From a virus, in IMG/VR virus record IMGVR_UViG_3300045988_151707, positions 32,001 to 96,000 of that record: 64,000 nt of DNA, one strand, 5' to 3'. The notes beneath the pieces are model-generated. The model made no database searches. It was not told the origin of the DNA and saw only the letters and a list, made by a program, of their open reading frames with translations. Below are positions 18,221 through 26,951 of the stretch, one piece after another. The position numbers and the translations under genes were made by a program. Position 1 is the first letter of the stretch. The number at the start of each line of letters is the position of its first letter.

Positions 18221-18262
18221 AATGCAGCCGGGGAAGAAACGACAAAACCCGGCTGCATTTTC
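18221..18262. terminator. rho-independent terminator (12-bp stem)
   Basis: AATGCAGCCGGG ... CCCGGCTGCATT followed by TTTC, with an A-run upstream. Confidence 0.65.
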
Positions 18263-18415
18263 ATTCATATAGGGTGGAAAGACAAACTACATCATCTTTT
18301 TCTCATAATTATATCGCCCACCACATTTGCCAGCACATTAGAGCCAAATCCTCTTATCCCGTCAAGTTGAGCTACCATACGTATAAGGAGGTCCAGCTTT
18401 TCTTCTATGCGGCTG

Positions 18416-18964
18416 TTACATGGCTGCCGGCTCTCCGTACATGCGCTTCTTGAAGTAACGGCGCACCTGAAAGTTCATATCTTTGTCCTTAAGATAGGAA
18501 ACGGCCTTTTTGTAACATGAAAGAGCCATCTTTTCATTCGGTACTTCCGATGGCTTCTTGAAGCCCATATCCTCTGCAATACTGTAAGCCATGTCGCTGT
18601 AAATCATGTTTGCTGTAACACAGAGCGCATACGAATTGTAGAACGGTTTTTCTTCAGGAATACCTCCTAGCTGCTTCACCGCAGAAACAAATGTGTCGTG
18701 ACCCCAGTGGAATCCCTGAACACCGTCTTCATTTATCATTGTTTTCCCAATGTTTACGGCTTCACTTTCGTCCAGGTAATTATTCCACTCTGTTGCTTCG
18801 AGGTGCGCCAGCCAGTTTCTTGCCATCTCCGGATGCACCTTTGCCAACTCGCGGAACATGTATTTTTCGGCTTCCCCGAAAATCTTCATATTTTTCACAT
18901 CCTTGCTTTCTTTCATCAAGGCGTACAGATAATTGTATCTGTCTATCATTTGTTCGGTTGTCAT
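18416..18964 (-). CDS. hypothetical protein (start at ATG 18964)
   Basis: 182-aa ORF with no recognised motif. Confidence 0.5.
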   Translation of the reverse strand: MTTEQMIDRYNYLYALMKESKDVKNMKIFGEAEKYMFRELAKVHPEMARNWLAHLEATEWNNYLDESEAVNIGKTMINEDGVQGFHWGHDTFVSAVKQLGGIPEEKPFYNSYALCVTANMIYSDMAYSIAEDMGFKKPSEVPNEKMALSCYKKAVSYLKDKDMNFQVRRYFKKRMYGEPAAM

Positions 18965-19111
18965 GTCTATTTGTTTTAAATTAGTTTCTCCAAAACTTCC
19001 CGCCCTCGCGGACGGGAAGCCACTCAAACATTTTTCCTTTTCCTTCGCTTTTTTACGGGTTCATCGGCGGATGCCAGACTGAAAGCGCTAAACGCGGCTG
19101 CCTGAACTTCG

Positions 19112-19528
19112 TTAAGCGGGAAAGGTAGCAGTAATCGTGACCGGGACTGCAATCAGTGCGCCGCAAGCAGAGCAACCGCAACCGTTCTCATTGTAAGAGA
19201 ATACCTGCGGAACTAAAGCTGTAGCTACCACACTGGTAGGGGCTGTATTTGCCGCACCGATGAAGGTTACTGTAAACTGTTCGGTCCACTGAATAGTCTT
19301 TGCTGCACATCCGTTTTTCGGAGTGTAGGTCAGAGTTACAGCTGCGTTGATAAGCGCAATGTTCTGCGTGTTGTTGTTTGTGACGCTTGCTACACTGAAT
19401 ACGACGGTAGCAGTAGGTTGAACGCCGTTGTTCACGCAATAAGCCTGACGCAGTTTCTTAGTGATGTTTACCGTCAGTGGCTGAGCGGTAGCTGTCGGAA
19501 CTCCAGACAAAGTAATTGACTGAATCAT
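19112..19528 (-). CDS. hypothetical beta-rich structural-like protein with a Cys cluster (GCGCSACG)
   Basis: 138-aa ORF rich in T/V/A, preceded by an A/C-rich leader. Confidence 0.45.
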   Translation of the reverse strand: MIQSITLSGVPTATAQPLTVNITKKLRQAYCVNNGVQPTATVVFSVASVTNNNTQNIALINAAVTLTYTPKNGCAAKTIQWTEQFTVTFIGAANTAPTSVVATALVPQVFSYNENGCGCSACGALIAVPVTITATFPA

Positions 19529-19589
19529 AGTTGTGTTGTGTTTGTGTTATATATCTTTTACAGGACACCAGGCCGCCTGTATTCGGCAC

Positions 19590-20087
19590 TTATTTCTCTT
19601 CTTTTTCTCGTGTTTCATTCTTTGGTGCAGGCTGCGGTTGTGGGTGCGACGGCTGTGCGGGCTGCTGCGGAACCTTCACCACATATTCCTCGGGTTTCTG
19701 ATACGGAAGGTTGCAGTCCAGGTATTTCTTCAGTTCCACCAGGTCATCGCGGTCAAAAGTGAAGAATCCGTCGATAACAGATAGCTTCCCCTGCTGGATG
19801 GCAGAATCTACATAACCATGAGCCAGTTCCGGGATCATGTCGTCCGGAATGCGGGACACAAATCGTTCAAGGAACGGACGGATCATTTTTGTCCCTCCTA
19901 AAGATGCCAGCGAATTGATTTCATTGGAAATCTGCCATCCGGGGCCTGCGAGTCCGATTGACTTGAATAACTTCTCCACCGGAAGCATACCGGCAGAAAT
20001 ACCGTTGAGCGTATTGCCCATCATAACCGGAATGACCGGCTCACCCCATTTCAGGATGACAGCGGTCAGAATCTGTGCGTTTGTCAT
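19590..20087 (-). CDS. hypothetical protein with a Pro/Gln-rich C-terminal tail
   Basis: 165-aa ORF. Confidence 0.5.
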   Translation of the reverse strand: MTNAQILTAVILKWGEPVIPVMMGNTLNGISAGMLPVEKLFKSIGLAGPGWQISNEINSLASLGGTKMIRPFLERFVSRIPDDMIPELAHGYVDSAIQQGKLSVIDGFFTFDRDDLVELKKYLDCNLPYQKPEEYVVKVPQQPAQPSHPQPQPAPKNETREKEEK

Positions 20088-20176
20088 TGTGCTGCGTGTT
20101 TGAGTTTTTTCTACAGTGCTTGAAAATCAAAAGGAAGGGGAAGACCGGACGGTCCTCCCCCGGGGCCAGTTTGGGG

Positions 20177-20689
20177 TTACTGGGCAGACGGACATCCGCA
20201 GCATCCATCCTGACATACGTTGCTTGACGGAATGTATGTCTTAGTGATAGCCTGCAAAGCGGCGATGCTGTTCTGCATGCACTGCAGAGCAGCGGTGTTG
20301 GTACCGTTGTAAACGGCCTGCTGCATGTTGACAGCTGTCTGAGCGTCTTTGTTGGAACGAACTTCCACTGCAAGTTCCTTGATCTGACCCTGCAAGTCTT
20401 TGTAGGCTTCCACAATCTTCTGATCAGTGTACTTGTCAGCCTTCAGCAAAGCGATTTCTGAATCCTTTGCATTCAGTTGTTCCACCATGTTCAACTCATA
20501 ACGGCTTACGGGCATGTTGTCTGAGCATACGCCTTCTGCGTTCCATCCCCAGCCATTGCGACCCAGGATGTTACCACCGTTGATACCCAAAAATGATGCG
20601 ATGCCTGCTGCTGCACCCACAGTGTTGAAATTACCTTGTCCCTGGCCGGTTACGTTGTAACTCTGGCCATCCATACCTTTGATTGTCAT
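20177..20689 (-). CDS. hypothetical coiled-coil protein with C-terminal CQDGCCGC cluster (start at ATG 20689)
   Basis: The internal Met is preceded by the A/C-rich leader CACAACACAAACAAAAAACAGT. A palindromic GC hairpin terminator follows at about 20131-20160. Confidence 0.5.
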   Translation of the reverse strand: MTIKGMDGQSYNVTGQGQGNFNTVGAAAGIASFLGINGGNILGRNGWGWNAEGVCSDNMPVSRYELNMVEQLNAKDSEIALLKADKYTDQKIVEAYKDLQGQIKELAVEVRSNKDAQTAVNMQQAVYNGTNTAALQCMQNSIAALQAITKTYIPSSNVCQDGCCGCPSAQ

Positions 20690-20753
20690 ACTGTTTTTTG
20701 TTTGTGTTGTGCCGTGAACTATTTCCCGACATGACAAAGGTACGGACGAAGCA

Positions 20754-21059
20754 TTACTCTGGGAATGAGTTATTTCCTAACCTCTTCCTGATTCTTTCGC
20801 AACTTATTCTGAATATTTTCTGTGTGCTGAGACGCTGGTCGAAATTGGTATGAATCTGGTTGACGGCACGCTCCGTCTTTCCGATTCTTGCAGCGATATA
20901 CGACGGATTCAATCCGCTCTGAAAAAGGAAATGCACCAGCAGATAGCGTGCATCTACCGTCTCTGTGTCCTTCCTTCCGGAAAGAATCTGTGCGGACGGT
21001 ATTTCCGTTTCCTCCGATACCATGCGGAGGATGGTGTTAAAAATCTCACTCTTGCTCAT
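20754..21059 (-). CDS. DnaA-domain-IV-like HTH protein (candidate late-gene regulator)
   Basis: VDARYLLVHFLFQSGLNPSYIAARIGKTERAVNQIHTNF follows the DnaA C-terminal HTH pattern (R..a.yL....t..S...Ig......tV.h). Confidence 0.45.
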   Translation of the reverse strand: MSKSEIFNTILRMVSEETEIPSAQILSGRKDTETVDARYLLVHFLFQSGLNPSYIAARIGKTERAVNQIHTNFDQRLSTQKIFRISCERIRKRLGNNSFPE

Positions 21060-21126
21060 CGTTTCTTTGTTTATCTGGACACGTCTGCCCTGTGTTTTCT
21101 CTTGTGTTTAACGAAACAACCTGCCG

Positions 21127-21681
21127 CTACCATTGCAGCAGGTTGTAATTAAGCGTAACGCCCAGAAACGGTTCTGTCTTCCCTGAAAGCCCTATCCCGC
21201 ATCCGGCGCTCAGTCCTATCCCCCACCTCTTTTTTTTCGGTGCCGGTGCATTTACCACCCCCGTCTGTGTGCGGCGGTAAAACTCTGCCGACACCAGTTG
21301 CGGGCGGTACCCTGAAATGACTATCCGGTAGTCGTCCGTGCGGTATTCCTTCTCTGTGAGAGGAATAATCACGTCCACGTTGTCTTTCCCTGTAGAAAGC
21401 GAATCAGAAACAACCGTAACCGTATCCGCTATGCTGTCCGGGATGGAAGCTGGTCCGGACGGTTTCTGCGGACGATATACCGGAAGGCGTGCGGTGTCTG
21501 TTCCTGCGGGACGCTCTGACACGGGAGGAGCAACTGCCGTGTCGCGTATCGTATCTACCCTGACGGGAAGCCATACGGTATCACCCTGCCCAGACTGCGG
21601 CGACGCGCATCCACGGAAGAAAAGCGAAAAGAGGAGCGCGGCCGACAGCAAGCCTACCAGTATCCACGGGAGCTGTTTCAT
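21127..21681 (-). CDS. membrane-anchored lysis-cassette protein (spanin-like candidate)
   Basis: N-terminal TM/lipobox-like LFSLFFRGC, a Pro-rich linker and a C-terminal Gly-rich beta segment. It overlaps the amidase stop. Confidence 0.45.
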   Translation of the reverse strand: MKQLPWILVGLLSAALLFSLFFRGCASPQSGQGDTVWLPVRVDTIRDTAVAPPVSERPAGTDTARLPVYRPQKPSGPASIPDSIADTVTVVSDSLSTGKDNVDVIIPLTEKEYRTDDYRIVISGYRPQLVSAEFYRRTQTGVVNAPAPKKKRWGIGLSAGCGIGLSGKTEPFLGVTLNYNLLQW

Positions 21682-22250
21682 ACGCCAAGGTATTTACAGA
21701 TTCCCTGCACATGCAGCGTGACAATCTTCTGTCGGCCTTCATCCGACAGAAGGAAGTCCACATCTTCGCGATTGTCCTGGAAAAGGTTTTCCGTCAGCAC
21801 AGCCGGGCAAATGGTATGCTTCAGAATGCAGAAACCGCTTTCCTTGTCGCTGTCGCCGTCGGCGGTGTCCTTACGAATCTTCATTCCTTTCAGCACCTGC
21901 TCTGCACTCTGATACAGACATTCGGCCAGTTTGTCGGCCTTGGTCTGACCTACGCTGGTCCATGCCTCCCATCCGCGTGCGGTCATCCACTGCGTGCCGC
22001 TTCCGGCAGCGTTGCAATGGACGGATACCAGGATGCTGTCTTTCACCCGGTTGGCGCGTGCGCACCGTTCCTGAAGCGAAATGTCTTCCTCTTCCGGAAC
22101 GAGCAGCTGCGCGTCCAGCCCTTTCTTCTTTAGCGCATCTACCACGCGGCGTGCAATGTCGCGTGCATAGGCATATTCGCGCAACCGTCCGTCGGGCGAC
22201 TGCTTCCCTTTGGTGTCTGCACCATGACCGTTATCAATCCAGATTTTCAT
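21678..22250 (-). CDS. N-acetylmuramoyl-L-alanine amidase (Amidase_3-type endolysin)
   Basis: WIDNGHG...E, SVHCNA and PAVLTENLFQDN match the zinc amidase_3 motifs. Confidence 0.8.
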   Translation of the reverse strand: MKIWIDNGHGADTKGKQSPDGRLREYAYARDIARRVVDALKKKGLDAQLLVPEEEDISLQERCARANRVKDSILVSVHCNAAGSGTQWMTARGWEAWTSVGQTKADKLAECLYQSAEQVLKGMKIRKDTADGDSDKESGFCILKHTICPAVLTENLFQDNREDVDFLLSDEGRQKIVTLHVQGICKYLGV

Positions 22251-22286
22251 GTCGTGTCTAGTTTAGTTTTTGTGTTGTGACTGTGG

Positions 22287-22862
22287 TTATGCAGAAGCTA
22301 GAACCCCGGCCTTTTCAAGCTCGTCAATCAGCTTGTTCAGTACGGTATGTGCATCTGCCGAACCTGTAGCATCTGTTACATGGGCACCCTGTTTTACCAA
22401 ACCTGGTGTTCCTGATGCGGCATTTGTATAAGTTGTATCAGTCCAGTTTACTGTTACATAGGCTTTCCCGCTGCCATCTACTTTTACAGCATAATTCTTG
22501 CTGTTTTCAGAATAGCCGGTCTGGATTCCTCCCAAAGCAGAGTCGCTGGCTTTCGGGAGCACATAGCTTTCACCTCCGCCGCCACCACCGGCTGCTGCGG
22601 AATCCTTGATAACCAATGCCTTGACTTTTTTCACCTCCACATCGCTCAGAAGCCGTACCTTCATGCCGGCAGGTACATTGATTTCAATTACTGAATTTGT
22701 GAAATTCACCGTATCCATTGCGACGGGTTCCATGGTGTCAATAAACTGGTAGATTGAAAGCCTTCCGCTTTTCACACCCTGAATCTGCACCATTGTACGT
22801 CCTTCGGAAGTATATTCGGCCACATAGCCTTCAGCTCCCTTCTTAAAACTGATTTCGTCCAT
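22287..22862 (-). CDS. virion fibre/decoration-like protein
   Basis: Gly-run linker plus the C-terminal GLVKQGAHVTDATG...LNKLIDELEKAGVLA motif typical of phage head-fibre/fibre tips. Confidence 0.45.
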   Translation of the reverse strand: MDEISFKKGAEGYVAEYTSEGRTMVQIQGVKSGRLSIYQFIDTMEPVAMDTVNFTNSVIEINVPAGMKVRLLSDVEVKKVKALVIKDSAAAGGGGGGESYVLPKASDSALGGIQTGYSENSKNYAVKVDGSGKAYVTVNWTDTTYTNAASGTPGLVKQGAHVTDATGSADAHTVLNKLIDELEKAGVLASA

Positions 22863-22891
22863 TGTTTGTGTTGTGTTTTTGGTTTGTAACT

Positions 22892-23524
22892 CTATTTATA
22901 GGGATTCTCCCGGTATTCCGGAAGAATGAACTGTATGTTCACCGCTGCATCGTGCAGCACCTTATGGGCTTGTTCCTCACTTACCTCCATTTCGTCGGTA
23001 AACTCGCAGAAGATGTTTCCTACCCAGTCGGAAGCGCTGTTCAGCCTCTTTATGGCTACGCCGCGACAGCCATTGGTTATAAACAGGGATTTGGCCATCT
23101 TGTCCTTCACTTGAGAGTCTATATCCGTATAGCAGAGAAAAAGGTTTTCGGCCAGCCCTCTGCTGAATACTGCCATTTCGCTCATAGGGAGCCGCTGCAC
23201 GTTGTCCTTCATGCCCGACACCCCCTTGCGTTTCACTTCGAAATAGATGGAAAGGAAGGCTGCGTTACCCAGCGGGTGCGGCTGTACGATGTACACCCTG
23301 TCGGCCTTTGTCTCGTAGAGCACCTTCCACAGTTCGCCGAATACCTTTGCCGTGTTCTCGCTTCGCTTGAAGCTAAGACGTTCGGTTTCCTGCTTGTACC
23401 GTTCCAACTTCATATCGTTCATCTTGTCACGATACTTCTGCGTCATTTTGTTGTACTGAGTAAAAATCAAGGTACCCACGGAAACTACAGCTGCGCTTAT
23501 GGCCGTCACCATTTCTGCGTCCAT
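22892..23524 (-). CDS. N-terminally membrane-anchored protein of unknown function
   Basis: 210-aa ORF with one N-terminal TM helix and a cytoplasmic globular part. It lies in the lysis cassette. Confidence 0.45.
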   Translation of the reverse strand: MDAEMVTAISAAVVSVGTLIFTQYNKMTQKYRDKMNDMKLERYKQETERLSFKRSENTAKVFGELWKVLYETKADRVYIVQPHPLGNAAFLSIYFEVKRKGVSGMKDNVQRLPMSEMAVFSRGLAENLFLCYTDIDSQVKDKMAKSLFITNGCRGVAIKRLNSASDWVGNIFCEFTDEMEVSEEQAHKVLHDAAVNIQFILPEYRENPYK

Positions 23525-23548
23525 TCCGTGCCTCCTTCCGATTTCCCA

Positions 23549-23947
23549 TTATTCCATTTCAGGCGTATTTTTTTCAAAAAGAGCGGCAATAGCTTTTACC
23601 ACATCGTAGAAACCGCATCCACTAAGGCCGGCAGCCAGTCCGTAAATAAGCGTTCCCCACCATTGGTATCCTTCGAGCAGAGGAGTAAGCTGAAGCGCCC
23701 ATGCCAGCACGCAAACCACCATACCTACCGCCACGCTCACACCGATTTTTGCGAGCTTGCTTCCTGAAATGGCAGGAATTACTTTCAGGATTTGCGTCAC
23801 GATAGCCGAGATAAGTGCTACGATTCCGGTAAACGTGCCTAGGTCGATTACGAATCCGGCAGTAGAAGGTTCAGAGGTTACAACGCCCTGTGCGAAAACG
23901 GTCACTGCAGAGATCAGCATTGCAAACATTAAAATCATCTTTTTCAT
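23549..23947 (-). CDS. holin-like multi-TM protein
   Basis: 132 aa with 3-4 hydrophobic helices. It is the first gene after late promoter 3 and lies upstream of the amidase. Confidence 0.5.
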   Translation of the reverse strand: MKKMILMFAMLISAVTVFAQGVVTSEPSTAGFVIDLGTFTGIVALISAIVTQILKVIPAISGSKLAKIGVSVAVGMVVCVLAWALQLTPLLEGYQWWGTLIYGLAAGLSGCGFYDVVKAIAALFEKNTPEME

Positions 23948-23990
23948 TTTGTCGTCGTTTTTAGTTAAACATTTGGTTTTTGATGCAATA

Positions 23991-24033
23991 CAAAGTTACG
24001 AAGAGCACATTGGAGAATGAAGGACAAAAAAAC
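23991..24033 (-). promoter_or_regulatory. late promoter copy 3 (TTTTTTTGTCCTTC-N-TAACTTTG)
   Basis: Invariant core and 26-nt spacing. A degenerate second core (TTTTTGTCCTCC) lies 21 nt upstream. Confidence 0.65.
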
Positions 24034-24060
24034 GACGGTTTCTCGGAGGACAAAAACAAA

Positions 24061-24086
24061 AAAGGAGACAATCGCTTGTCTCCTTT
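24061..24086. terminator. bidirectional rho-independent terminator
   Basis: AAAGGAGACA-ATCGCT-TGTCTCCTTT flanked by A- and T-runs. Confidence 0.6.
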
Positions 24087-24383
24087 CTGTGTGTGTTGAT
24101 AAAACTCTCATCGAAGAAGGGAATCCCTGTTTTCCCTATCACGCCGCTAAATTACAAAAAATATTTATATCCGAATAAAACGGATATGTTTTTTTGACAA
24201 TTGAATGCTTATTTGCACTTTAAAACAATAAAAAGGGGAATATACCTCTCTTGGAAATATCCCCCTTTATGCATCTAATAATTCATTAAGAATTATAGCT
24301 GCAAATATAGCTTTTTATTATGATTGACATCTTGTTTATGCTTAATTTTTAATATATTTATAGTGTATCTAATAATAATCATT

Positions 24384-25528
24384 ATGAATAAAATTAAGTA
24401 TGAGCTTGTAACGCATCGTGTACACGGAGGAATGCTAGCTGTTTTTGTGAAATGTTCACAGTATGGTTCTGTAATAGAACTAGATACTAATGTCAGAGTG
24501 TTTAATGACGAATGGAGCAAAGAATTCGGACTTATTTCTAAAAATCCAAATGCCGCTAATCTTAACCTGCTAATCAGAAAACTTGTGTATAACCTGGAAG
24601 AGATTGAACTAACTTATTCTGGAGAAATTACATTGTCTAAATTGCATGACATCTATTCAAAACGTGGAGCTTCTGCAGACTGGTATGTAATGTGGGAAAA
24701 ATCCATGAATGAAAGAGGGTTAAAACCTCGTACTATAGAAATACATGAAAATGTTTTGAAGACTATAAAAAAATTCAGAGATTCTTGTCCTGTCACATCA
24801 TTGACAGAGGATTTCTTCCGCGGATTCATGGGATTTTTAATTAATTCCGGACTTAAATATTCAACCGTATGTAAGGAAATGCATGTTGTTAAGGCATATT
24901 ATAATATCGCACGTAAATTGTATGGGAATAAGGTTCCATCGGATGCATTCGCTTTTTACCATGATCCAAAAGACCTGAACAATACTTATAAACTGAAGTC
25001 GTTAAGTGATGATGATATACGTAAGATTGAGAATTATGTAGCATCTGGGACGTTATCAGAAAGTAAAAAGCTAACTATCAATCAATTCTTATTCATGAGC
25101 TATTCTGGAACTAGGATAAGTGATTTTGCTTCTCTCAACGAAAAAAACTTCAAGTTGGAAGATGGTCGGATTTGGCTTGAATATAATTCCGTAAAAACAA
25201 ATACACATGTCAGAATACCTCTTTTTGCTCTGTTTGATGGAAGAGGTGAGCAAATATATAGCCAGTATCAGAATAGACTTTCAGAGTTTTTTATGTGGGG
25301 AACAATTGCAGGTTCAATTCAAGGTTGTCTTCCGCTCTTAAAGGAAGTGGCCTTAACAAGCATGTAACCGCTCACGTTGCAAGACATACTTGCGCAAGCA
25401 GATTAATTAATAGGAATGTTCCTATAACTACAATACAGCAAGTAATCGGTCATAGACAAATAAAGACTACGATGATATATGCAAAGATTGACGACAATTC
25501 GTTTGTAAGACAATTGAAAGGATTATAA
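24384..25528 (+). pseudogene. tyrosine recombinase (integrase/invertase family) split by a -1 frame change in a T6 run
   Basis: Two ORFs, 24384-25367 and 25295-25528. The second carries HVARHTCAS (HxxR) and GHRQIKTTMIY (catalytic Tyr). Adding one T to the T-run at 25287-25292 fuses them. Confidence 0.75.
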
Positions 25529-25551
25529 AAAGCCTCTTTACGAGGCTTTTT
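25527..25551 (+). terminator. rho-independent terminator after the recombinase gene
   Basis: AAAGCCTC-TTTAC-GAGGCTTT followed by TTT. Confidence 0.65.
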
Positions 25552-25555
25552 ACAA

Positions 25556-25572
25556 GTTCTGGCGGAACTGAT
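25556..25572 (+). repeat. proposed inversion crossover site L (GTTCTGGCGGAACTGAT)
   Basis: 14/17 match to the minus-strand sequence at 26052-26068. It is in the same codon phase (V-L-A-E/G-L) as the expressed fibre gene. Confidence 0.55.
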
Positions 25573-25825
25573 GGGTGGATTTATAAGGAGAAGCCCAGTT
25601 TCAGAATCTTTCGACTCCTGTATAAATCAGGGCGTTTATAATATCAATAAGACCACTTATCCATCCGCAGTAAACTATCCTCCAAGTATTGTCTATGGGC
25701 TTCTATTTGTATTCAGTTCATCGAATGGATGGGTTTCACAATTATCTCATAATTTGGAAAATAATACAATACACACAAGAATAAGAAATGAAAATGGTAT
25801 TTGGAATGAGTGGAAACAGTTATAA
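25556..25825 (+). other. promoterless alternative tail-fibre tip cassette (silent copy)
   Basis: The reading frame is open from the crossover core. It ends in a knob-like tip (GVYN...YGLL...Q...R...NGIWNEWKQL) paralogous to the expressed tip. It converges on the fibre gene and overlaps it by 6 nt. Confidence 0.55.
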
Positions 25826-26404
25826 TTCTTTCCATTCAGTCCATTCTCCATTACTTATTTTTGCCCTTTGATAAGTCGTTCCAGTAAATATCTCTACTAG
25901 TATCTGAAATGCACTTTGATCAGATTTCGCAGAAAGCAGAAAACCAAAATATCCATTTGTGTTTGTTGAGCCATTCTCTGCATAATAATATCCATCTTCA
26001 ATGTTGTTCGCGTCAACCACTTTGCGTCCACGATAGGCGAAGGGGAATTGTATTAGTCCCGCCAGGACTGATGAAAACTGTTCTTTGCCAATATATATAG
26101 GATTCCCATTAGAGTCAATTCCTCTTATAAAAGGAATATCTTCTGAAGGCTCATTCAATTTCTCTGATTTTGAAATTTCTCTAGATGCATCTCCTATACT
26201 GATTATTCCAGTTTCCATATCGCTCGGATTTGAAACTATAAAATTTTTAGGAGAATTTATTTGTAAAAATGATGACATTAATTCAGAGATTACTTTTTTC
26301 ATGGAATCTTTTGACATCTTTTGTACATCCCCATTACTCTTTACACCAAGAAAATAATCAAAATCTTCAACGGATGTAACGTCTGATAATTTTTTATCTG
26401 CCAT
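25820..26404 (-). CDS. tail fibre protein with a knob-like C-terminal tip (expressed orientation)
   Basis: 194 aa. The C-terminus GYYY...GFLL...QIL...R...NGEWTEWKEL fits the pyocin-knob/fibre-tip pattern. The crossover core lies at codons 113-118. Confidence 0.6.
   Translation of the reverse strand: MADKKLSDVTSVEDFDYFLGVKSNGDVQKMSKDSMKKVISELMSSFLQINSPKNFIVSNPSDMETGIISIGDASREISKSEKLNEPSEDIPFIRGIDSNGNPIYIGKEQFSSVLAGLIQFPFAYRGRKVVDANNIEDGYYYAENGSTNTNGYFGFLLSAKSDQSAFQILVEIFTGTTYQRAKISNGEWTEWKEL
26052..26068 (-). repeat. proposed inversion crossover site R (GTCCTGGCGGGACTAAT on the minus strand)
   Basis: Inverted partner of 25556-25572, inside the fibre gene at the constant/variable junction. 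Confidence 0.55.
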
Positions 26405-26447
26405 AATTATATGTTTTAATCGTTTGTGTTTTGTTATATAATACTCA

Positions 26448-26951
26448 TTAAACAGTTTCCTTATTATCCGGAAGAACCGGTCTGTAATAAATTACTTTTT
26501 CAGATTCATCAGGAGAAAGTGAAAGAAGCATAGGATTCTGGTCTGGCATAGTATCCTCTGATAAAGTATGTGGAGTCACTACCTCAAGAAGCACATCATC
26601 AAAATTAAACTTAAAACCAGAAGGAGCTTCTGTGCCGATTACCTCATTAAAACTTGGATATAAACGCTTTAGTTCCAATGCCTGATTGTTTGTAAGGCTA
26701 ATGTTATTAATATCTGATGATACTTTTCCCAATAAAGATACGAGCTTGTTAAGAAAATTATAATCCAGATTATCCGGATAGAACAGATTTCCTTCTTCAA
26801 TCATAGAATCTTTTTCTGATTCTGGTATTTCTTTCCACAATGCCGCTTCTTCCATGGATGAAACAATCATTGATTTTTCAAAACGTCTTTCACTAATTGG
26901 AACTTCCTCACTCTGAGTAAGAAGACATCCGTTACTTGCTTGTAGTATCAT
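26448..26951 (-). CDS. hypothetical fibre-module protein
   Basis: AT-rich ORF. Start taken at the second Met (MILQASNG). Confidence 0.45.
   Translation of the reverse strand: MILQASNGCLLTQSEEVPISERRFEKSMIVSSMEEAALWKEIPESEKDSMIEEGNLFYPDNLDYNFLNKLVSLLGKVSSDINNISLTNNQALELKRLYPSFNEVIGTEAPSGFKFNFDDVLLEVVTPHTLSEDTMPDQNPMLLSLSPDESEKVIYYRPVLPDNKETV

Noticed and set aside
18270-18415. An open frame continuing past the stop of 18416-18964 in another frame (…IEEKLDLLIRMVAQLDGIRGFGSNVLANVVGDIIMRKR)
   Set aside because: It could be a frameshift extension or a tiny gene. There is no slippery site or start-codon context I can support, and it is below any reasonable length threshold.
24384-25528. The tyrosine recombinase as the prophage integrase with an adjacent attP
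   Set aside because: No att-like duplication or host junction occurs anywhere in the window, and the element carries par/rep functions. The gene abuts inverted in-frame fibre-tip cores, so an invertase role (or dimer resolution) seems more likely. Integration cannot be fully excluded.
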